DNA of 62,445 nucleotides, counting the filler, from Bilabrum cf. latius (taxonomy: Eukaryota): the NCBI GenBank assembly GCA_965178125.1. It is 4 parts of 4 records of this genome, joined end to end, with 100 filler letters (N's around TTAATTAATTAA, not from the genome) between each part and the next. Parts side by side here need not be neighbours in the genome. Positions count along the whole stretch, not along the records: positions 29,964 to 59,245 come from CBCXTV010000018.1; positions 59,346 to 61,345 come from CBCXTV010000066.1; positions 61,446 to 62,445 come from CBCXTV010000067.1; 1 more part is not named here. The stretch is one strand, 5' to 3'. Below, in pieces: positions 55,101 through 62,445 of the stretch. The position numbers and the translations under genes were made by a program. Every line of letters begins with the position of its first letter. Position 1 is the first letter of the stretch. The notes beneath the pieces were generated by a model, which worked only from the letters and a program-made list of their open reading frames with translations, had not been told where the DNA came from and ran no database searches.

Positions 55101-55346
55101 CATGCCGCCTTCTGAATGCGGCACGAACAAGAGAAACAGCTATACAGGAAAAAAAAAAAAGGTTCCCATGCAACTGTACAGACCGGCTGCGGTACCGAGG
55201 ACCCCGTCTCTCGGATGCTCGCCCCTCGGAGAGCTGCGGACGGCGAAGACCCTGTCTCTCGCATGCGGAAATCCGGGCCCCTGGCTCCGGCAAATGCCCG
55301 ACAAAGCCGGGCCCCTGGCTCCGGAAACATTCGGGCAATGTCTTCT

Positions 55347-57227
55347 TCACCCCGACTGCGTCGGGAGATAGTCGACCGAGGCGGCCGTCCACATCGGTTC
55401 CAGGACATGGATGTAGAAGCTGTTGTATATCAGCCATTTCGCGTCCTCCCAAGCCAACTGGCAGAGGCGGACCCGCCACACATTCGAGCACACAACGAAC
55501 TTCTTGCCCGCCACACAAACCGCATAGCTGTAGCAATTCGTCATGCTCGTTTGCATGGATACCATTCCGGGGCCCGCTTGAAACAGCTTCTTCGCATCGA
55601 CGATCTGCTGCGGGTCCGCCTCGTCGAACAGGAGCACTTCGTGCACCGAGGGATCGTAGGCCTTCATGTCGATGGTCGCTCCTCCCGCCAGGGAAATCTC
55701 CAGAGTCCTCTCGTCGCCCGCCAGGGCACGGCAGAACGCCGTTTTGCCCATACGGGAGGGTCCATCGAGGACGAGGAAGCTGTACCGGTCAAGAACCTGG
55801 CTATACTGTGCCTCCCAGAGGGAGACCGCGGCGTACTTCCGCCAGGGTCGTTTCACCTCGTCGCTGTTCCTTCGTCGCCAATCCCTGTAGGCAGCGACGC
55901 TGCTCTCGAGCTGCGCAGTCCGCCAGCTTTCCAGATTCTGCAAGTTCCGCACAATCCCGTTCGGGATCTTGCAGATCTCCGCGCGCGCCACATCATAGAG
56001 CATCTTGGATGCCTCAAGGCTCGAAAATATCCATGTCGCTCCAACGGGGTAGCCCTCGTGCGGGGGCGTCGTCGTGTCACTGTACAGGCACGAGGCTTTC
56101 GAGCTGTGCAGGTAGTACAACACAGACCCCTGGCTCTTGCCCCGTCCGCCCTGGTTGCTTCGCACATGAGCTTGGACGTCCCCCCATTTCCAAGCGTCCG
56201 CTTCCGGCATGTAAAACTTGCGGTTGTGGGCGAGAGCCAAGTGACAGTGCACCCGGATGGTGCCGTCTGCCAGCCAGGACTTGGAGCAGACCTCCATACA
56301 CCAGGCGGCCTTGCCCATCTCCCCCACAATGCCCCGGACGCTCGCCGTGAATTCCGCGAATTCCGCCCACCGCGCCTGTACAACCGGGTGCGCGCGAACG
56401 CACCCCGCGAGTTCCGCAATTAACCGCGTCTCTTTTTCCCAATGGAAGTCCGCCATGGACAGCACCCTCCGCGGCGAGCCTGCAGCACCCTCCCAGCAGG
56501 GAGGACGGGGATACCCAGCCGGGTAATCCTGGAAGAGAGGACCGGGAGGAGGCTCCGGCCCCTCCACTGGCGCCATCTCGGAGGCCACTGGCTCTCCGAC
56601 CCCTGCAGCGTTGGAGGCCCCTGGCTCTCCTCCGTTGGGCGAGTACAGAACGCCCCAAGCCGGTAGCCATGTGCACAGGACCGACGTCGTGCGGACCTTG
56701 TTCGAAGCGTCCCGCTGGTTTTTGGCGAGGTACCACACCGCGATCTGGGAATCCTGCGGGCAGTCGTGCACAAAAGCTTTCACTAGTTCCTCCCTTTCCT
56801 CGAAGGGCCTCGTCTTTCGCAAGCTGTACTGACGGTGGAGTCTAAACTGTTGGGCCCTGCACTTCGTAGCATACCCAGTTCGGTGTTTCCACCAATATCC
56901 GTATTTGTTCAAGAAACGCTTCCCTAGCGCCGCCGGGTCCTCGGCCATGCCCATCAACCACGCCTGTTCTTCTTCACCGACGCCTTCTGACGGCGCGGAC
57001 GCCGAAGAGACTGCCGCCACGGCACCTGGGTCGGGCTGCTTCCATCTCATACGTCGCCGCGCGCGGGGCGGTTCCTCCCACAGGACCACCGCAGCGTCAT
57101 GCTCCATGGGCTCGCTGTCAGCCTCCATGCGGTTCCCACCCCCCCGCAACTCTATGACCGAAGCGACAACAATGGTATATGCAAAAGACCCCGGACCAAA
57201 ACGGCTGCGAAGACATAAAAAACGCAC
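55347..57227 (-). CDS. rep: Intact HUH endonuclease-SF3 helicase Rep (gemini/genomovirus-like), copy 2
   Basis: Motif I SVLCTW, motif II RVHCHL, motif III YYLHSSK, Walker A GPSRMGKT, Walker B LLFDE, motif C VVCSN. The true start may be the internal MEADSEP. Confidence 0.9.
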   Translation of the reverse strand: MRFLCLRSRFGPGSFAYTIVVASVIELRGGGNRMEADSEPMEHDAAVVLWEEPPRARRRMRWKQPDPGAVAAVSSASAPSEGVGEEEQAWLMGMAEDPAALGKRFLNKYGYWWKHRTGYATKCRAQQFRLHRQYSLRKTRPFEEREELVKAFVHDCPQDSQIAVWYLAKNQRDASNKVRTTSVLCTWLPAWGVLYSPNGGEPGASNAAGVGEPVASEMAPVEGPEPPPGPLFQDYPAGYPRPPCWEGAAGSPRRVLSMADFHWEKETRLIAELAGCVRAHPVVQARWAEFAEFTASVRGIVGEMGKAAWCMEVCSKSWLADGTIRVHCHLALAHNRKFYMPEADAWKWGDVQAHVRSNQGGRGKSQGSVLYYLHSSKASCLYSDTTTPPHEGYPVGATWIFSSLEASKMLYDVARAEICKIPNGIVRNLQNLESWRTAQLESSVAAYRDWRRRNSDEVKRPWRKYAAVSLWEAQYSQVLDRYSFLVLDGPSRMGKTAFCRALAGDERTLEISLAGGATIDMKAYDPSVHEVLLFDEADPQQIVDAKKLFQAGPGMVSMQTSMTNCYSYAVCVAGKKFVVCSNVWRVRLCQLAWEDAKWLIYNSFYIHVLEPMWTAASVDYLPTQSG

Positions 57228-58932
57228 CTCACCGCTGCCCGGCTCAAGGGGACTGGGATCACTCCCGCGGGGACCTTCAATCTCGGGCCTTCCGAACGGA
57301 AACCCCTTTCAGACATGTTCGGAAAAGGGCACCCCTCAATGGGCTTCTGGGTCATCGAACGGCAAGTCCGACCCGGGCTCGGAGACATGTTCCATGACTA
57401 CGGCTTTCCCATGCTCGGAGACCGCTGAGGGGAGACGGAGGGCGGGGTGGCTGGGTCCCCTCCGAGGCGAAAAAGGCCAAAAAAAAAGCAAAAAAGCCAA
57501 TAAGGCAAAAAAAACCCAAAAAATGGGGAAAACGTGAAATTCAGACGAAACGCGTTTTTATGGACAATATTAAGCGCCAGAATGGACAGTTTCGTCTGAA
57601 TCGACCCTTTTTGCCCTTCACAATATGGGGGAACGGATTCAGACGTGGAGTTCACGAATTTTTCCGAATCGCTTCACAATATGGGGGAACGGAAAATCGC
57701 AAAAAGTGAGCAGTCTCATTTACCACGTTGTCAGGCGCTTTTTGGCTTTTTTCCCCTGATCTCGCGGGAGGGGGCGGGGGGGGGGGTCTGGGAGGGCCCC
57801 CGGGCCCGATTTGGCCGGAAATTGGCCGATTTATATAGGGCGCCTTATTAGGACCGCTAGGGGAAATTCGGAGGGGCCCAGAAACCCCGATTTTTGGGGC
57901 TGGCCCGGGCCCCGCCCGGGCCGGGGCCGGGGCCGGGCCGGGGCGGGCCGGGGCCCGGGCCGGGGCAGGGGCCGGGGGCCGGGGCCGGGGCCGGGGCCGG
58001 GGCCGGGGCCGGGCCGGGGCGGGCCGGGGGCCGCCGGGGGCCGGGGCCGGGGTCGGGGCCGGGGCCGGGGCCGGGGCCGGGCCGGGGCCGGGGCCGGGGC
58101 CGGGGCCGGGGTCGGGGGCGGGCCGGGGCCGGGGCCGGGGCCGGGGCCGGGGCCGGGCCGGGGGCCGCGGGGCCGGGCCGGGGGCCGGGGCCGGGGCCGG
58201 GGCACGGGCCCGGGCCGGGGCTGGCCCAACCCATTCCGTCGGGCTTCCCCACTCGACCATTCTTGTCCGGCGTCAACATGGCAACTTGGCTAAGCCCGCA
58301 CTGCCCCCCCACATGCCTGAACGGAGGCCGCTGCGTCCTTTTCAAAGGCGCGCGAACGGCACGCCAACTCAGCCTGCGCGAGGCTAAATGCGGAAATCCC
58401 CCCAAAAAGCGCGGAACCGGCCGTCCCCTTCCTGTCGCCTACTCTTCGCGACGCTCGTCCTCCTGCAGTCCCATATCCACATCCGCATCCGCGCGGCGCG
58501 CTTCCGAGGCTTCCGGCTCTGGGCTGTTCTCGCGCCGTTCCCCGTCCTCGGGCAAGTCGGCACGCCCTTCCGCGGGACGTTCCCTTTCGCCGGACGCACC
58601 GTCTGGCGCGGCTTTGGTCGCGGGCTCGGGCGCGGCCCCTGAGCTCTGGGACACGCTGCCTGGGGCAGCGTCGTCGTCGCCGGGGCCCCTGGCTCCCGAG
58701 GCGCTGCGCGCCGCTGCGTCTTTGCGCATAAGGAGGACCGCCACGAGATCCTCGGAGCTCATCAAGCGGGTGCGACGCCGCAGTCGCTGCTGCTTTTTCG
58801 TCGCGTTCCGAACGGCCCTGGAAAGTTCTTTCTTCTCCTGCCGCACGCGCGCTTGTTGCGCCCGCAAAGCCTCGATTTGCTCTTTCAAGGGATCCGAGGG
58901 CAGATGCTCAAAGACCGACGCTTTTGCCTCTT

Positions 58933-59245
58933 TCAAGGAGGCCGCGGCGGCGGGCGAGGACGCCATGGCCACAAGCGCACGCCCACGGGGAAGGCAGGAT
59001 GCCCGCGCGCACTCGGGGCGGGTCGAGCGACCGGGCCGGGCTCGGGGTCTGGCACAGCTGCATGCGAGGTGCTCCGGGTGCGGCCTCGCCAAGGCGCCGC
59101 GGCGGCGCTCGGCGCGACATCGCCGGGGCCCCTGGCTCCCGGTCGTGGCACCCGGGGGTGGCCGCCGACTGGAACATGCACCAGCAGGCTTCGAAACAAG
59201 AGTTCGATGGGGATGTCCCTGCGGGCTGGGAATATGGCTTGCAGC
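58933..59245 (-). CDS. DDE transposase C-terminal fragment (cut by contig end)
   Basis: Copy of 43854-44166. Confidence 0.7.
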
Positions 59246-59378
59246 NNNNNNNNNNNNNNNNNNNNNNNNNNNNNNNNNNNNNNNNNNNNTTAATTAATTA
59301 ANNNNNNNNNNNNNNNNNNNNNNNNNNNNNNNNNNNNNNNNNNNNGCCCTGCCCAACGGAGGGGGTGACGACGCCCAC

Positions 59379-61345
59379 ATGGTTCCGGCCTTGCCGGTGA
59401 TGGGCCATTATGGCCCGGTGGTTCCCCTGCGGTCTGGGGCAGGAGCCCCCAGAATGAATCCGCACTATGCAGCACCTCAGACGGACGAGATTTCCCGTCT
59501 ACGCAATGAGCTTGCAGAGGTCCATGTTGCCGCCGCCGTGTTGGCGCTGAGACGACGCACCAGGCAAGGAGCGCAGTGAGACAAGAGGGTGAGATTGCCG
59601 CGGAGGCCGTCCGTGAGATGCAGTCCGAGGGTCGTCAGATGTTCCTGTTGCAACGTGAGCACTTGGCGGATACCGAAAGGAACGCCGTCGAGGTCCACGA
59701 GGCGCAGATGTCCGCGGCAGAGAGCTGCATGACACAGCAGTTGGCCCGCTTTGAGGAAGCTGGCCAGCAGCAGCCCGCTTTGGTCGAGCAGCAAAGCCGC
59801 CAGAGGATGGCGGATGAGCGCAGCGCGATGGATCGCGCCGTGCACGAGGCTCAGCGTTCCGCGATTCGCGGGCGGGACGCCTTCGAGTCGCGGCTCGCTC
59901 AGAGGTGGGATGAGGAGCGCACTGCCATGGAGGGATTCATACAGCAGGCTCGCCAATCTGCAGCCGAAGACCGGCGCTCTTCGGAGGAGCTTGTTGCGGC
60001 CATGCAGCGCGAATGCCATCATCACCACCTCCTCGAGCAGCAAAATCAAAGCTTGAGAGCTGAGGAACAGCGAATCGTTGAGCTTCGGGATCGCGAATCG
60101 GAGGCCCAGTTGGCCAACGTCGCGACCATGAGGGGCCTGGTCGAACGACTTCACTCTGAGAACCAGCTCCTCCGAATGGGCACTGGCCTGATCGCCGCCG
60201 CACCTCATGTTGACGTCCGCCGCGAGAGCGAGCATCGGGCGACCGATGCGGGCGCCACTGAGGAGCGATGGGCGACCGTCGCGGGGCGGGGGGCGACCCC
60301 TGCAGCTGCGACCACAGGGTCGGAGCGTCGGGCGACCGACGCGCAGCCCGGGGCTATTGTGCAACTGCCTCAGGCGGGCGGCCTTCCTAGTGTGCCGCCG
60401 TCTGAGGTACCGTCGGCATGGTCGAGGGGTGACCCCCCGCCAGAGCCGTCACCACCTCCGTCTGATTTTGGCGGCGGCGGTGGAGATGGAGGCAGAGGTC
60501 CGCCGTCGAGCCATGGTCCTGGCTCGCCCCTTGGGGGGCAACCCCTCGGGGGCTACCCGCGCGATGCGGAGCGGACCGAAACCACTCGCAAGAGGAAGGA
60601 GGCTGATGTGGTGAAGGTTAAGGATCTTCCCACTCCTCCTCAGTTTCGCTCGTGGAAGTTGGCGCTGCGCGACGAGATCGCTGGCGCATCGGGTGCCCCG
60701 GACTTGGCCTTCAAATGGCTCATGGCCGTGGAAAAGCCGGGCATCGCCATCGACGAGCTTGATGATTCCGGAGAGTTCGCATCGTTGGATGCCAAGTTGG
60801 CAGCGGGTCTGAGCAAGGTGCTCACAGGCGAGCTCTTGCGGCACGTGAACGTGCAGAAGGAGAAGATGGCCACCGAAATGAAGTACATGAAGGGCCGTCA
60901 GATTCTGCACGTCGTGTATCAGCACTACCGGATCAGCGAGACGGAAGGGCCGATCATGGAAGTTCAGGACTTGTTGGCCGTGCGCCTGCGCAACGACAAT
61001 CTGCGAGCCCTCATTAACGACTGGAACGGGGTCCTGGCTGCCATGAAGGTGCCCGAGGAATCCATCCTCGAGACGTTGTTCCGCATCCAGTTGCAGGGCA
61101 GCGTATCGTTGCGCGACCAGGTGTCCTACTATGAGCGGTTGGACATTGGCCACGAGGACAAGAGCTACAAGTTCCTGTTGTCCGCCGTGCGAAAGCACAT
61201 CGAATTGAAGCGCCGCAATGCCACGAGAGAGGCAATGGGCCGCGCCGGTAGTGTCACCCCGGCGGCAAAAGCCCTCCCCGCTGGGTCCAGCGGGGGAGGC
61301 GGTGCGAAAGGAGCTTGCCGTTCGTGGGTGTCGAAGGGCTCGTGC
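59379..61345 (+). CDS. gag: Retrotransposon Gag-like protein (frameshift ~59545), continuing at position 1
   Basis: Coiled-coil N-terminus, KEADVVKVKDLPTPPQFRSWK..., MKGRQILHVVYQHY. Ends in the first half of a CCCH finger (CRSWVSKGSC). Confidence 0.75.
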
Positions 61346-62445
61346 NNNNNNNNNNNNNNNNNNNNNNNNNNNNNNNNNNNNNNNNNNNNTTAATTAATTA
61401 ANNNNNNNNNNNNNNNNNNNNNNNNNNNNNNNNNNNNNNNNNNNNCGATGGGTCGAGAAGAATGGCACCCGGCGCCGAGTGGTCGGATCCCGCAGGAGCG
61501 CTGTCGAAGGCCTGAGACCCGCGGGGGGGGGACTCCCTGCTAGGTCGAGGAGAAGGACCCGCTGGGTCGCGATCAAAATGGCTGCGGCGGCGGGGTCGAG
61601 GCCGCGCGTCACTGCGGCCGACGGCAGAGGGCTTGCCGCGCACGGCGACAACCGAGCGACCCGAAGGCACGAAGTGGGACCGAGCGCAACCGATCGCGGA
61701 CGACGCAAGGGGCCAAGGAGGGCAATGGGCGGCGTCGACTCGCGACAAGACCGCCGCGAGGGCGCGGTCGCGTGGCCGCCGCTCCGGGCCGGCGGTCGTG
61801 CCCATGGGCGGCCCGGCGGCGAGGGCGTCGAGCCGGCGGCGTGCCCGGGACGGGCTGCGGCATGCCGCAGGGCGGCGGGGCCCGCGGCAGCGCGGGCTCG
61901 GGGAGCGTCCCGCGGCGCGCCCGGAGCGAACACCGGCGCCGCAGCGGCGCAGAGGCGGCACCCAACGGCCGACGGAGGCGAGGGGCGCCTCGAGGAGCGG
62001 GCGGGGCTGCGCGCGGCCGAACGCCGCGCGCGAGGAGGTCGGAGGATGCGGATGGCGCGAGGTTGGGCCGACTGGCGTGGCGAGCGCTGCCGGGCGCGGG
62101 CATTGCGGAGCAGTGGAGGATGACGCGCGTGGGCGGCGCCGACGCGCTGCAAGGCCGCCGCGAGGGCGCGACCCGCTGGCCTCCGGTGTGTGCCGGCGGC
62201 GAGCACAACGACGCGGGCAGCAAGCCGGCGGCGCGCGGGGGGGCCGGGCTGCGACCGGGCGCAACGCGGTGTCCACCGCAGCACGTGCCCTGTGAGGTAC
62301 CACGGCGCGCGGAGGGGGGCACAAGTGCCGCACCGGCGCGATGGTGGCACCCAACGAAGGTCGCATGACGGCCGGGGGGGCGCCGCACGGCCGACTGCCG
62401 CGCGACGACGGGAGGAGTGGGCGGTGCGAGGGGGGGGACAGGCTG

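Larger units (their letters stand above)
29964..59245 (-). mobile_element. ~1.94 tandem copies of a ~15.08-kb Rep-encoding unit (candidate rolling-circle element or CRESS-like endogenous virus)
   Basis: 29964 corresponds to 44879 and 59245 to 44166. Copies are nearly identical apart from indels. The whole contig is the repeat. Confidence 0.9.

Noticed and set aside
29964-59245. Classification as Helitron or Polinton
   Set aside because: The helicase is SF3 rather than PIF1, and there is no pPolB, retroviral-type integrase or packaging ATPase.
61446-62445. ORFs in the last 1-kb piece
   Set aside because: Very GC-rich, open in several frames, with no recognisable motif or link to the other pieces.

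Overview
GC-rich, repeat-dense eukaryotic DNA. GC/GA splice donors and one-strand gene runs suggest a dinoflagellate (inference). It is four pieces joined by artificial N/TTAATTAATTAA spacers. Piece 1 (1-29863) holds the end of a retrotransposon gag-protease, interrupted by a 12.6-kb LTR element whose only long ORF is a ~3,600-aa protein with no recognisable RT or integrase. This is followed by a 7-kb nest of mostly TA-flanked MITEs filled with simple repeats, and a frameshifted Ty3/gypsy element that carries a PHD finger but lacks the RT catalytic core. Piece 2 (29964-59245) is the most striking: ~1.94 head-to-tail copies of a ~15.08-kb unit with no host flank. All its called genes lie on the minus strand: a gemini/genomovirus-type HUH endonuclease-SF3 helicase Rep, an intron-containing DD35D pogo-like transposase, a GT25-like protein, a coiled-coil protein and two families of small paralogous ORFs. 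These are separated by a repeated stem-loop module, and the unit also has an origin-like region upstream of rep and ~20 strand-polarised GGCCCCTGGCTC motifs. It is a candidate novel large rolling-circle element (circular or tandemly integrated). Piece 3 (59346-61345) is a gag that reads in frame into position 1. Piece 4 (61446-62445) is unassigned.
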